From Promethearchaeota archaeon (GTDB lineage: Archaea > Asgardarchaeota > Lokiarchaeia > Sigyniarchaeales > SOKP01), in the NCBI GenBank assembly GCA_048940925.1, contig JBHLOC010000028.1, forward strand, positions 1-64,000: DNA of 64,000 bases. Direction: 5' to 3'. Below are positions 1-10,368 of this stretch, piece by piece. The position numbers and the translations under genes are program-made. Below the pieces are notes generated by a model, which saw nothing but the letters and a program-made list of their open reading frames with translations, was not told the origin of the DNA and searched no databases. The stretch's first letter is position 1. Every line of letters starts with the position of its first letter.

Positions 1-420
1 TTACTTTATTACATCTGTTATGAAGCAGGTCTCCACAATCTTTACTCCTTTAATCTGAGAAATTTTTTCTTCGATAAGTGGGTTAAATTGTTCAATCGAA
101 GGAATTTCAACTTTCATAAAAAGACCACAATCTCCCGAAAGTCTCCAAATATTTGTGATTTCCTCTATATCTAATAATTCTTTCAATATTCTCTTAATTT
201 CCTTGAAATCAGGTTCAACTTTTACGGTAGCTCTAGTACGTGGCTTATTATCTATGCTATATTCAATGGTAAATTTTTTAATTACACCTTCCTCAGTTAA
301 CTTTTTTACTCTTCTTCTAACTGTCGCTTCTGTCTTACCAACTTGTTCTGAAATATCATTAAATGACATTCTACTATTATCTTTTAACAATTCAAGTATT
401 TTGATATCAACTATGTCCAT
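1..420 (-). CDS. Lrp/AsnC family transcriptional regulator
   Basis: N-terminal HTH (DIKILELLKDNSRMSFNDISEQVGKTEATVRRRVKKLTEEGVIKKF) and C-terminal RAM domain (LSGDCGLFMKV). Confidence 0.93.
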   Translation of the reverse strand: MDIVDIKILELLKDNSRMSFNDISEQVGKTEATVRRRVKKLTEEGVIKKFTIEYSIDNKPRTRATVKVEPDFKEIKRILKELLDIEEITNIWRLSGDCGLFMKVEIPSIEQFNPLIEEKISQIKGVKIVETCFITDVIK

Positions 421-880
421 TTTTAATCAAATTAACTTTTTTATTCTTTTTTATAAAAAATTTATCTTAATTAATAAATATGATGTTTTAATTATTAAAA
501 AATAAATAGCAAATTATTAATTTTATTCCCTAAATCACTAATTTTTTTCCCATTTGAATAAATTCATGTTTGAAATATCCTAAATTGATTTATCAATCTA
601 TTAATATAATCTCATACTTTACTTTTTTTGATAATTTTATCTGATTTGAATGTGATATATGAACCAAAAGTACATTTTTCTTATAATTTAGTTGATAAAA
701 ACTATTATTTTAACATAAGATAAAAATATGCAAAATGATGGTAGACTATTAAAAACAAATTATATAACTAGGCTCATATTTGTTTACGATTTTATCCTTA
801 TTTTAAGTATTAAGTGAAAGTTAAAATAGGAAAGATTCTCTATTAATTTAATAAGATTAATTTTAAAATGATACTGTTAT

Positions 881-1681
881 ATGTCAAATGAAATTCCTGA
901 GAATGTGAAGGAATCTTTGAAGGCAATTGGGCTCACAGACTATGAGATTTCAATTTATCTTACCCTTATCTCAAAAGGCCCAATGGATGCTAGAGAACTT
1001 TCTGACGCATCTGGTGTTCCTTACTCACGGATTTATAATATCCTTACACAGCTGGAAAAGGAGAAAATGTGGATAATAAAGGAGGAAGAGTCTCGCCCTA
1101 GTCGTTATTTTGCCAAATCACCTGATGAAGCTCTAGTTATTGCTAAAAAACAATATAGTGATAATTTTAACGATCATTCAGAGAAAATTATTCGTACTTT
1201 AATTCCAATTTATCAATCTCATGATACACCAATAAAAATCGCTTTATATGTTCATAGAGGCAGAGATGTTTGTGTTAATCGAGCCCTTTCTTTAATTAAT
1301 ATGGCAAAGTCTGCACTTTATTTTACTACTACGAAACATGAAATATTAGAATTGTTTTATGATGATATTAAGAAAGCTAGAGCCCGAGGGGTCACTGATT
1401 TAAAACTCTTGGTTGAGGCTCAATCTTTGGGAGATAAAAAGTTTAAAGCTTTACTTAAAAAGTATAGCGCTATATGTGAAATAAAGTGGAGAGATCAGAT
1501 TTTTGGAAGTTCAGTAATAATTGATGAGGGAGAAGATGCGTTTATAATGCTCTCAGAAAGTTTCTTTCCTGAAAGAATTTCTTATTTTGGGGTAGCTACT
1601 GATCATGTGGCATTTGGTCCTGCCTCTCTCTATTATTTTAACTATCTCTATAACACAGCAGAAGAAGTAAATTTAAATTAA
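881..1681 (+). CDS. TrmB family transcriptional regulator
   Basis: LKAIGLTDYEISIYLTL...ARELSDASGVPYSRIYNILTQLE...RPSRYFAKSP winged HTH, followed by an effector domain. Confidence 0.92.
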   Translation: MSNEIPENVKESLKAIGLTDYEISIYLTLISKGPMDARELSDASGVPYSRIYNILTQLEKEKMWIIKEEESRPSRYFAKSPDEALVIAKKQYSDNFNDHSEKIIRTLIPIYQSHDTPIKIALYVHRGRDVCVNRALSLINMAKSALYFTTTKHEILELFYDDIKKARARGVTDLKLLVEAQSLGDKKFKALLKKYSAICEIKWRDQIFGSSVIIDEGEDAFIMLSESFFPERISYFGVATDHVAFGPASLYYFNYLYNTAEEVNLN

Positions 1682-1724
1682 AATGATATTAAAAGTTAAA
1701 TGAAAATTAGCATTTAAGACATAA

Positions 1725-1979
1725 TTACCACTTTACTTTAATAGCTTTCTCTTGACATACTTCAACACACTTTAAACAACGAGTACAAACAGAGGGCCAC
1801 ACTGCTGTGATTTTCCAATGCTGAGGATCATATACATTTTCTTCTTCATATTTGAGGTCTTCATGAAGTAAAAAAACACACGGGTCACACACATTAAGAC
1901 ATCTCCCACATGCTCTTGGATCCACTTTACCTTCCGGACCACATTTTGAATAATCTATCTTAATTTTTGTTTTTCCCAA
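1725..1979 (-). CDS. Small 4Fe-4S ferredoxin-like protein
   Basis: CGRCLNVCD and CTRCLKCVEVCQ Cys clusters. Start moved to TTG at 1979 because AGGTGA, which overlaps the upstream TAG stop, lies 8 nt before it. Confidence 0.85.
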   Translation of the reverse strand: MGKTKIKIDYSKCGPEGKVDPRACGRCLNVCDPCVFLLHEDLKYEEENVYDPQHWKITAVWPSVCTRCLKCVEVCQEKAIKVKW

Positions 1980-1991
1980 TAATAATATCAC

Positions 1992-2861
1992 CTAAAAATG
2001 ACCATCAAATCCAGGAAATTCTTGTCTTGGAATAAGAGTTAAAGCATCATGTTTACAAGCATGTCGGCAAACACCGCATCCAAAGCATTTGTTATAATCA
2101 ATAATGACCCTCTTAATTGAAGGAATATAACGGATCGCATTCCATTGACACATTGCGACACATAACTTACACCCTTGGCACTTATCTTGATCCAGATTAA
2201 TTATATATTCTGCTTTGGACATTACCATTAAATTGAAATCGTTTCTTAATCGTAATGCTCCACATTCTGGGCTTTCACAATTGCATATAGCATTTATATA
2301 TGGTATTGGTTGATACCATACCGTAGAAACCAATCCATTTTTGTTATGTTGTTCCAATCTCTCTATAGCTTCATCACGAGATATCCGATGGGCTCTCTCT
2401 TTTGGAATAAATCGTGGAAGTTTCTCTATTATTTCAGAAAGTACTCCAAAATTAATACAAGTTTGTGCTTTAACACCCCTTTGCATCATACGGCACATAC
2501 AATATGTTTCAACTATAGGTTCAGCAGCTAACTCCGAAAGAATAATTTTTGCATCTTCCATAGGAATTACCTGCCCAATATGACCATCAGCCCTTACGGG
2601 TTTTGGATGTCGAACAGCTCCATGAATCATTTTTTCAGCAGCATGTCGTATGACTTTCCCAATTAGAGGTATCTGGAGTTTATACCCTAAACCTTTAGAA
2701 GACAATCCTGTAATTTTTCGAATAAATACTGTTTCAAAATTCATCCACTGTTCTCGTAAATAATCTTCTAAATCTAATTCTTTGGCAAGCTGATCTGAAT
2801 AATTTTTTGCATTCATATACCATTTATGACCCATACCATGTTTCATACACCATTTACACAT
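1992..2861 (-). CDS. 4Fe-4S dicluster domain protein
   Basis: CQGCKLCVAMCQ and CFGCGVCRHACK motifs, plus CMCR and CNCESPEC motifs. Confidence 0.88.
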   Translation of the reverse strand: MCKWCMKHGMGHKWYMNAKNYSDQLAKELDLEDYLREQWMNFETVFIRKITGLSSKGLGYKLQIPLIGKVIRHAAEKMIHGAVRHPKPVRADGHIGQVIPMEDAKIILSELAAEPIVETYCMCRMMQRGVKAQTCINFGVLSEIIEKLPRFIPKERAHRISRDEAIERLEQHNKNGLVSTVWYQPIPYINAICNCESPECGALRLRNDFNLMVMSKAEYIINLDQDKCQGCKLCVAMCQWNAIRYIPSIKRVIIDYNKCFGCGVCRHACKHDALTLIPRQEFPGFDGHF

Positions 2862-2923
2862 TCAATACTTCCCCCAATTAGCTTACTAAAAAAATATAAT
2901 AAAAAGAGTAAATCTTTATTTCT

Positions 2924-3379
2924 TCATTTCAAAAAAGTTCTTTTCCCTAAGTAAATAAATAGTTCTGATAACTCAAATAGAGTTAATGGCATAACTAATT
3001 GAGCCATACTTGTACGTAGATCTGCCTTATCTTTTCCAGCTAATATTAATTTCCTTATATCTTCAACATAATCATCCATATTCAAAAATAATATTTCTAT
3101 TTTATCAACCCCCGTAAGTTCTTCAATATCTTTATCCAGATGCTCCTCCACTTGATTTAGCAATCCTATCTTTATTTTTGGAGATAAATCATATTTGGTT
3201 ATAAGACGATTACACTCTTCTATAATAATATTTAAACTCAAATTCCAATCTGCATTTTCCTTATATTTTGGGATAAGTATATCGCCAATAATCACTTCAA
3301 AAAGAGTTGATGGCGCTTTTTCATCAAAATCAACCCGCATACCATTGCTCAATTCAACCTTAATAATTTGATCACTCAT
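2924..3379 (-). CDS. Hypothetical protein
   Basis: 151-aa ORF with normal composition, co-oriented with the Fe-S genes; no recognised motif. Confidence 0.7.
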   Translation of the reverse strand: MSDQIIKVELSNGMRVDFDEKAPSTLFEVIIGDILIPKYKENADWNLSLNIIIEECNRLITKYDLSPKIKIGLLNQVEEHLDKDIEELTGVDKIEILFLNMDDYVEDIRKLILAGKDKADLRTSMAQLVMPLTLFELSELFIYLGKRTFLK

Positions 3380-3958
3380 GCCTTATCTCAACTTGAATCG
3401 AAAATTGTGTTCTTAATAATTAATGGACTAATATCTAATAAATATTTTCATAACTCAAACCATTTTAAAACTTTAATCACTATTAATGGTAAAAAATAAT
3501 TAACTATTTATTTCTGATATGGGAAATCATATTTTTAATTGGAGCAACTTCCTCACTGACAAAACCAAGGAAGAAGGTTCATATTGAGATGATTAATTTG
3601 ACTATACTCCTTAACAATCATATGAACAGGATTAAGGTAGAGGAAGAAGAAACTGAAATTAAAATTAAAGAAACAAAAGAGATTAAAGATGAAAAATCCA
3701 TATCTCTGTCATGAATACGTATTGAGCTTGTATAATAACCATTGAAATTTTGTAATAAACTTTTCCATTAATTTTTGATTTTTGGGATAAAAATTGCTAA
3801 TGTATAACTGAATTATGAAAAAGTTGATATACTGATGCGTTTTTTAAATTAATTCTGACCATTTTTTCTATAAAAAAATTTAAATAATAATTTGATATTT
3901 TTATGATTAGATCTCTTAACAAAAGGTCTGAAGTTTTAATTTTAATATTTAGAATAAA

Positions 3959-5824
3959 ATGGCGAAATTAATGAAAAATAAGAAAATTTTAATAGTGTTA
4001 ATAATCCTCATTTTAAATTTTAGCTTCGTGTTTCAGAGGTATAACTTTATTAATACAGCTCGAAAAGAATGCGACAAAAAAGAAATAAACCCCATATTAT
4101 CTTTTAGTAATTTTATCGCATACGAATGGAGTAGCACTTGGGACGGAGGTGTTAATGATGAGGATTATGCTATGGGAATAGCATTAGATTCATCAGGTAA
4201 TATCTATCTTGCGGGATATACACACAATAGTGTGAGTGGTTACGACATGTGTGTGGTAAAATTTAACAGCTCTGGTGAGTATCAATGGAATAGCACATGG
4301 GATGGAGGTATTTATAATACGGATTGGGCAAATGGAATAGCATTAGATTCATCAGGCAATATTTATCTTGCGGGAGTTACTTATGATTCGGTAAGTGATT
4401 ACGACATGTGTGTGGTAAAATTTAACAGTTCTGGTGATTATCAATGGAATAGCACATGGGATGGAGGTATTAATCAAGATGATAGGGCATATGCAATAGC
4501 ATTAGATTCATCAGAGAATATCTATCTTGCGGGAATTACATTTACTCTAGGAAGTTCTTATGTTATGTGTGTGGTAAAATTTAACAGCTCTGGTGACTAT
4601 CAATGGAATAGTAAATGGTACGGAGGAGGAGAGACTTATGGAATAGCATTAGATTCATCAGGCAATATCTATCTTGCGGGAGTTTCATTCAACAGTGTGA
4701 GTGGTTACGACATGTGTGTGGTAAAATTTAACAGTTCTGGTGATTATCGTTGGAGTAGCACATGGGACGTAGGTACTTATGATTATGCATATGGAATAGC
4801 ATTAGATTCATCAGGTAATATCTATATTGCAGGTGGTCCTGACATGTGTGTCGTAAAATTTGATAACTCTGGTCAATATCAATGGAATAGCACATGGGAC
4901 GGAAGTATTTCTGATAATGCATATGGAATAGCATTAGATTCATCAGAGAACATCTATCTTGCGGGTCAATCATATAATCCAGTGAGTTCTTATGACATGT
5001 GTGTGGTAAAATTTGATAACTCTGGTCAATATCGTTGGAGTAGCACATGGGACGTAGGTACTAATGGTGAGGAATGTGCTTATGGAATAGCATTCGATTC
5101 ATCAGAGAATATCTATCTTGGGGGATATACAATTAACCCTGTAACTGATTACGATATGTGTGTAATGAAATATAATTCAGCACCAAAGATTAAGATTAAT
5201 ACACCACTTCAGAATAATTTTTATAGCATAATTGCCCCAAATTTTGAGATTTCTATTCTTGATTCAGAGTTAGATACTACGTGGTATACTTTAGATGAAG
5301 GGACAACAAACATTACATTTAGTGGATCAATAGGCAATATCAGTCAAGCAGAATGGGATAAAAAAGGTGAAGGTTTAGTTACTATTAATTTCCATGCAAA
5401 TGATTCTATAGGTCTTGAGGGAACTTCAGGAGTATCTGTCTATAAAGATATAACAGCTCCAACCTCATCAATCTCTTTTACACCCCATAAAGGAACTAAT
5501 ATAGTGAATAAATCAACCAGCTTTACTCTTACAGCTGATGATGGACAAGGTTCAGGTGTTGCCTCGATTATGTATAAAATTAATGATGGGGATTGGACTA
5601 ATTACAGCTCTCCATTTGATTTATCTGATTTCAAATCCGGTAATCATAATATCTCATATTATTCAATTGATAAAATGGGCAATATCGAAAATATAAACTC
5701 ACAGGAAGTAAAAATACCTGGACCAGGCGGAATCCCTGGATACAGCCTTTTACTCGTGATAAGCTTAATTTGTGTGAGTTCAGTAGTAACTATTAAATAT
5801 CGAAATAAAAGTTTAAAGAAATAA
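3959..5824 (+). CDS. Surface seven-bladed beta-propeller (SBBP-like) protein with Ig-like domains and GIPGY C-terminal anchor
   Basis: Signal/TM N-terminus; 7 repeats of GIALDSSGNIYLAG...DMCVVKFNSSG.YQWNSTWDG; DITAPTSSISF...YYSIDKMGNIE beta domain; GIPGY+TM+basic tail. Confidence 0.9.
   Translation: MAKLMKNKKILIVLIILILNFSFVFQRYNFINTARKECDKKEINPILSFSNFIAYEWSSTWDGGVNDEDYAMGIALDSSGNIYLAGYTHNSVSGYDMCVVKFNSSGEYQWNSTWDGGIYNTDWANGIALDSSGNIYLAGVTYDSVSDYDMCVVKFNSSGDYQWNSTWDGGINQDDRAYAIALDSSENIYLAGITFTLGSSYVMCVVKFNSSGDYQWNSKWYGGGETYGIALDSSGNIYLAGVSFNSVSGYDMCVVKFNSSGDYRWSSTWDVGTYDYAYGIALDSSGNIYIAGGPDMCVVKFDNSGQYQWNSTWDGSISDNAYGIALDSSENIYLAGQSYNPVSSYDMCVVKFDNSGQYRWSSTWDVGTNGEECAYGIAFDSSENIYLGGYTINPVTDYDMCVMKYNSAPKIKINTPLQNNFYSIIAPNFEISILDSELDTTWYTLDEGTTNITFSGSIGNISQAEWDKKGEGLVTINFHANDSIGLEGTSGVSVYKDITAPTSSISFTPHKGTNIVNKSTSFTLTADDGQGSGVASIMYKINDGDWTNYSSPFDLSDFKSGNHNISYYSIDKMGNIENINSQEVKIPGPGGIPGYSLLLVISLICVSSVVTIKYRNKSLKK
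4124..5180 (+). repeat. Seven intragenic tandem repeats of about 130-160 bp (propeller blades)
   Basis: Near-identical blocks aatagcattagattcatcag and gacatgtgtgtggtaaaattt recur in each unit. Confidence 0.9.
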
Positions 5825-6382
5825 ATACAATTTTTTTTCTATTTTTTTAATGAATATTTTTTTTCAAAATTATAATAATAAGTGGAGAATCGAAAGAAAA
5901 TATACTAATGATAAAGAGCTTATTTAAAGGTATAATCAAGATATCAAAATAGTTAATCGTGCCCTGATTTATAAGTGAATTAAAAGTATTTAATACCAAT
6001 CTTCAGAATCTCGGATAATAAAATTCTTTCCCTGAACTTGTATGGCTTACCATATTTTTAAACATACGTACTGCTTATATCTTCTTCGATATGATCTATT
6101 GATATCCGAAAAATAACAACTACCCTTCACCACGGCACTAAATTAAGGATAAGTCTCCCTACTTAATCAAGAACAGACTGGATAAAATTGAAAGACAGAA
6201 AAATTTATATGATATCAGAGCAAAAGTCTTAGAATATAAGGAAGGTAACATTGTAAAAATACCTTAAATTCTATAGATTAGAAAATTATGCCATTTATTC
6301 ATATGAAATTAGTTAAAAATGAGTTTGCTAATTTTATTATTAAATAAACAAGATTGAATAGTTAATTTAGAAAAAGCAAAAA

Positions 6383-6515
6383 ATCGGAGACCATGAATCA
6401 AAACTGAAAACAAAAAGAGGAGACGTATTTTATCTAATAACAGGGTTAAGGGTTGAGGTTAGCCGATTGTTCGGCCTTAGGTATAAGAATATATTTTTCT
6501 CTTCATGGTTCCGAT
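6383..6515 (+). ncRNA. Candidate structured RNA or long imperfect hairpin, family unknown
   Basis: atcggagaccatgaa pairs with ttcatggttccgat; aagaggagacgtattttatctaa pairs with ttaggtataagaatatatttttctctt using several G-U pairs; inner hairpin gccga-ttgt-tcggc. Confidence 0.4.
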
Positions 6516-6944
6516 CTTTCATCATAATATGTTGAAATTTTTTCCCTTATAAAAATTTCCTTTTTTCATGTGAAAAAATGGAAAATGTAAAAATGCGACA
6601 TGAAGGTTAAAAATTTGTCTGTATATTTTCGAAATTTCAAAAAAAATTCCTAATTTTTATTATTTATTATCATAGGAATTGAATTTTAGCATTAATTTAG
6701 ATCTCTACTGTTTTTTAAGAGAAAAAAATGAGTTTAAAAATATGAAATCGATGATTTAAAAATAAAATAAGGTATAAATAACCTATGTCAGGATTCAACA
6801 TATATGATAATTTTAGAAGAGACAAATATTTGAAATTAAAGAAAGATAAGTATTTAAGTTATTATATAGAATATATAATAAAATTAATGTAATTTTATAC
6901 ACATAGAATTATAATAATTAATCTCTAAGTTCGTTGAAGATAAA

Positions 6945-7430
6945 ATGAAATTAAGAATGATGAACATCAAGGAATTGAAAGAAAATCCTTGGATCTTTTC
7001 GTTGGCTGCGGGATTATTTGCCATATTATCACTTTTGACTCCATCTAGCACTCATGGAAGTAGTTGCCCAAATCCTATTCAATGTTGTTCTGGGTTTTGT
7101 TGGCAGTGGGGTTTGGAATATGGTGGGGGAGATTTTGGGTGGGTATGGCAGCCATATTTGATTGTTGGATTATTTACAGCAGCCTTTTTCGTTGTATCTG
7201 GGATTATCATGATTGTAACTGGACTTATAGCTAGACGCCGGGAGGAGATTAGATTTGGAGCAGCTTGGAGCACATGTGGAAAAATTATAATCGCTCAAAT
7301 TATCCTATTTATCATATATACCTTAATGAGAAATTATGAATATTTTGAATATCATTTAGTTGGTTTTGGACTCATTGGACCTTTTTTCTCTGGTGCTTTT
7401 GCGTGGATAGCAGGAAGACTAGCTCGTTAA
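6945..7430 (+). CDS. Four-TM membrane protein with Cys-rich first loop
   Basis: Four hydrophobic segments; loop CPNPIQCCSGFCWQWGL. Confidence 0.75.
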   Translation: MKLRMMNIKELKENPWIFSLAAGLFAILSLLTPSSTHGSSCPNPIQCCSGFCWQWGLEYGGGDFGWVWQPYLIVGLFTAAFFVVSGIIMIVTGLIARRREEIRFGAAWSTCGKIIIAQIILFIIYTLMRNYEYFEYHLVGFGLIGPFFSGAFAWIAGRLAR

Positions 7431-7683
7431 GTGCATCTTCTCTAAAATTCCTTATAAATTCTCACTTTTTTGATTTTAGTTTTTTAATAAATCTTGGGAT
7501 TCAACTTTATCTACTTTTTTTTTCAATATCTTTAAAATAGTAATAATTCATCAGAACCTTCTACAACTAAAATATGAAAATTAACACCACGAGAGTTGTA
7601 TTAAATGTAGGTTATGATGAAGCAAATGCTTTAATTAATATATTTTACATTGCTGACCATGTTCATGGTTCAAAAATGGGAAT

Positions 7684-8889
7684 TTATAGGTCATTGGAAG
7701 TTATTAATAAATTCGGAAGGTATTTTTCATTAGATACTTCTATTAATGACTTTGTATAATCCGCTATTTTTTTTGCGATTTCTGGATGAGATAGCATTTG
7801 AACTTCAACTTTTTCACCTCGATCCCATAATAAATAAGGAGTATCTTCATATGGGGCATATTCTTTAACTTCTTTTATCCAACTGCCCGGTAATTCATTT
7901 TTTAATTCAACATCAAGCATTTTAGCTAAAAATAGAGTCCAAGCTCGGGGAACTACAGATACTAAATAACCACCTCCTCCAAATGCTACCCATCTATTTT
8001 GACAGAATTCACGAGCACTAGTTTTGATTGTTTGAGCAATATCTTTATAAACTGCAATTGAAAGTCCCATTTCAGTTAACGGATCATTGAAATAAGTATC
8101 CACTCCTAGCTGAGTAAATAATATATCAGGAGAATAAGCTTCTAAAAGTTTAGGAACAGTTTTCCTAAATAAATTTATGAAATTCTTATTGTCTGTGCCA
8201 GGAAGCAAAGGAAAGTTAATAGAATACCCTTTTCCCTCTCCTTCCCCGTTTTCATTGATAAAACCTGAACCTGGAAACAGAAACCTTCCGTCTTGATGAA
8301 AAGATATAGTTAAAACATTAGGATCATCATAGAATAACCATTGAACTCCATCCCCATGATGACAATCTATATCTAAATAAGCAATTCTTATACTTTTTTC
8401 TAAATTTTGGAGGTGTTTTATTGCAACGCCAATATCATTAAAAATGCAAAATCCTGATGCTTTATTTCTTAATGCATGATGAAGACCTCCCGCAGGATTA
8501 AACGAAACTTTAAAATCCTCTTCATTCCAAACTTTTTCTGCTGCTAAAATACTGGCACCACATACTAAAGTAGAAGCTTCATACATACCCTTAAATGCAG
8601 GAGTATCTCCAGGACCTAATCCATAAATATTAGGAGAAATAGCTTTACTTTTTGGATTTTCACTCAATCTCTTAACAACATTGATATATTCTTGTGAATG
8701 AATTCTTTCTAACTCTTTATCTGTTGCCATTCGAGGTTTTACAATTTCTAATCTAGGATTAATCAGAAGATTTAATTTTTCCATAAGACTGTATGTTAAT
8801 TTAAGCCTTAGGGGTCTAAAGGGATGATCCTTTCCAAAATCATATTGTTGGTATTCCTCGGTGTAAATTAGACCAACTCTATCAACCAT
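7684..8889 (-). CDS. acuC: Histone deacetylase family protein (AcuC / class I HDAC-like)
   Basis: HPFRPLRL, GGLHHA, ASGFCIFND, YLDIDCHHGDGVQ, FPGSG, GGGGY motifs. Confidence 0.93.
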   Translation of the reverse strand: MVDRVGLIYTEEYQQYDFGKDHPFRPLRLKLTYSLMEKLNLLINPRLEIVKPRMATDKELERIHSQEYINVVKRLSENPKSKAISPNIYGLGPGDTPAFKGMYEASTLVCGASILAAEKVWNEEDFKVSFNPAGGLHHALRNKASGFCIFNDIGVAIKHLQNLEKSIRIAYLDIDCHHGDGVQWLFYDDPNVLTISFHQDGRFLFPGSGFINENGEGEGKGYSINFPLLPGTDNKNFINLFRKTVPKLLEAYSPDILFTQLGVDTYFNDPLTEMGLSIAVYKDIAQTIKTSAREFCQNRWVAFGGGGYLVSVVPRAWTLFLAKMLDVELKNELPGSWIKEVKEYAPYEDTPYLLWDRGEKVEVQMLSHPEIAKKIADYTKSLIEVSNEKYLPNLLITSNDL

Positions 8890-9098
8890 AATAGATATAA
8901 AAATTCAGCTTCCTATTAATTTTTTTAAAGCTTAAAATATAAGTCTGTATCAAACTTCTCTCGTATAACTCATATTTTTTAAACAGATGTAATAATATTT
9001 AAGAGAGTAGTATTATCAAAATATTATAAGAATAAATATATGTGTGCAAAAAAGTTCATTTAGATATAATTCTTTTAAAGGGAACCTATAATTTAATC

Positions 9099-9653
9099 AT
9101 GTCTCAAGTGTTTAAGAGTTTTTTAAATCGTGTCGCTCGTGAGTCTGAATTTAAACCATTAAAGAATCAATTACTTAATTATTTAAAGAAAGAGAGCGAA
9201 AATAAATACAAAAATTATCCCAGATTATTAGAATTAATGAATGAATATTGGCCCGAATACCAAGATCGCTCACGTATTTCTCACCTTTTAAAAGATCATT
9301 ATGAAGAGATTTTTTCTTTTTATTTAAATTCTTTTTTTCATTTTCGAAAACGAGGACTTTCATTTTTAGATCCAGAAGCCCCAACGCCAGTTGATTTTAA
9401 GCTCGTGTTCAAATACCATTATAGTTCTAAAGAAATTGAGGTTGTTGAGGAAATAATGAAAAACCAAAAGATTGAAGCGAATACAGAATCGATATTAAAA
9501 CGAGTTTTTATTTTTGCTATTAGTTCTTTTGGTTTTATAGTCGAACAAATATTTGGTAGACCATTTGCATTTCAATTCTTTGATATTACATCTGCTCCAC
9601 TACCCAATAATGAATGTGAAGTAGTTGCAATCATATCAGGAAGAGAACAATAA
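9099..9653 (+). CDS. Hypothetical protein
   Basis: Open frame from 9042; ATG at 9099 (MSQVFKS) is the more plausible start; no motif recognised. Confidence 0.65.
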   Translation: MSQVFKSFLNRVARESEFKPLKNQLLNYLKKESENKYKNYPRLLELMNEYWPEYQDRSRISHLLKDHYEEIFSFYLNSFFHFRKRGLSFLDPEAPTPVDFKLVFKYHYSSKEIEVVEEIMKNQKIEANTESILKRVFIFAISSFGFIVEQIFGRPFAFQFFDITSAPLPNNECEVVAIISGREQ

Positions 9654-9676
9654 GAAATTATTTTTTTTACCTTAAG

Positions 9677-10108
9677 TTATTTGTTATTACTTAAAAATGA
9701 GCTGAGATCCATAATATCATCACCTCTTTTAACTTGGATCTTGCTTCTAATCCCTTTAATTTTTCGTTCGAGAAACAAGATTGCATCAAGTGGAATTCTT
9801 CTTGGAATGCTTCCTCTTTGTCTAATAATCATTAATAGATAATCTATATTATGAAGTACATCTGGACTTATCATTTCATTATATATTGCTTGATAGACTT
9901 TTGGATCTCTAATTTTCAAGTTATTCAAATAATTATATGCTTCAGGGGCCAAGACCATTTTTAATATATATTCGATTTTTTCTGATACCGAAATAGCTTT
10001 ATCTTTACTTGCTTCTTGTTGTTTTTTAGCTTCCATTAGTGCTTTCATTTTTCTCATACGAATTTTCTCTAGTTCGTGTTGTTCAAAATCCTTATGATTG
10101 TTACTCAT
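9677..10108 (-). CDS. PDCD5-like double-stranded DNA-binding protein
   Basis: ELEKIRMRKMKAL...ILKMVLAPEAYNYLNNLK..DP...KIQVKR matches the PDCD5/MTH1615 pattern. Confidence 0.75.
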   Translation of the reverse strand: MSNNHKDFEQHELEKIRMRKMKALMEAKKQQEASKDKAISVSEKIEYILKMVLAPEAYNYLNNLKIRDPKVYQAIYNEMISPDVLHNIDYLLMIIRQRGSIPRRIPLDAILFLERKIKGIRSKIQVKRGDDIMDLSSFLSNNK

Positions 10109-10368
10109 TTATTCAGAATCACTTTAATTTTAACTTTGATCCTTCTAAGTCTTTTCAAATAATCCTTAACTTTCTTTTAACTAACTTTTTCTAGTAAAGA
10201 AAAATATAAAATAGAATAATAATTTTTTGAGTTTTAGTTTATAGATATCATCTTATATTAATTTCTTGAAAAGAAAGTGTTAAAAATTAGGTAATACTAC
10301 TTATCTATAATTACTTTAGGATTAGAAATAAATTTTAATTTATAAATCCAATAATAAAGGTCTATTTT

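Noticed and set aside
3589-3714. 41-aa ORF MINLTILLNNHMNRIKVEEEE...
   Set aside because: Short, low complexity and no motif; at most a gene remnant
4124-5180. CRISPR array or diversity-generating retroelement
   Set aside because: The repeats are in-frame protein blades; no cas or reverse transcriptase genes, and variation is not adenine-specific
6142-6267. Start-less open frame IKDKSPYLIKNRLDKIERQ...
   Set aside because: No start codon or recognisable family
6681-6729. Weak similarity (ttagatct...tttttaagagaaa) to 12630-12677
   Set aside because: Too AT-rich and gapped to distinguish from chance
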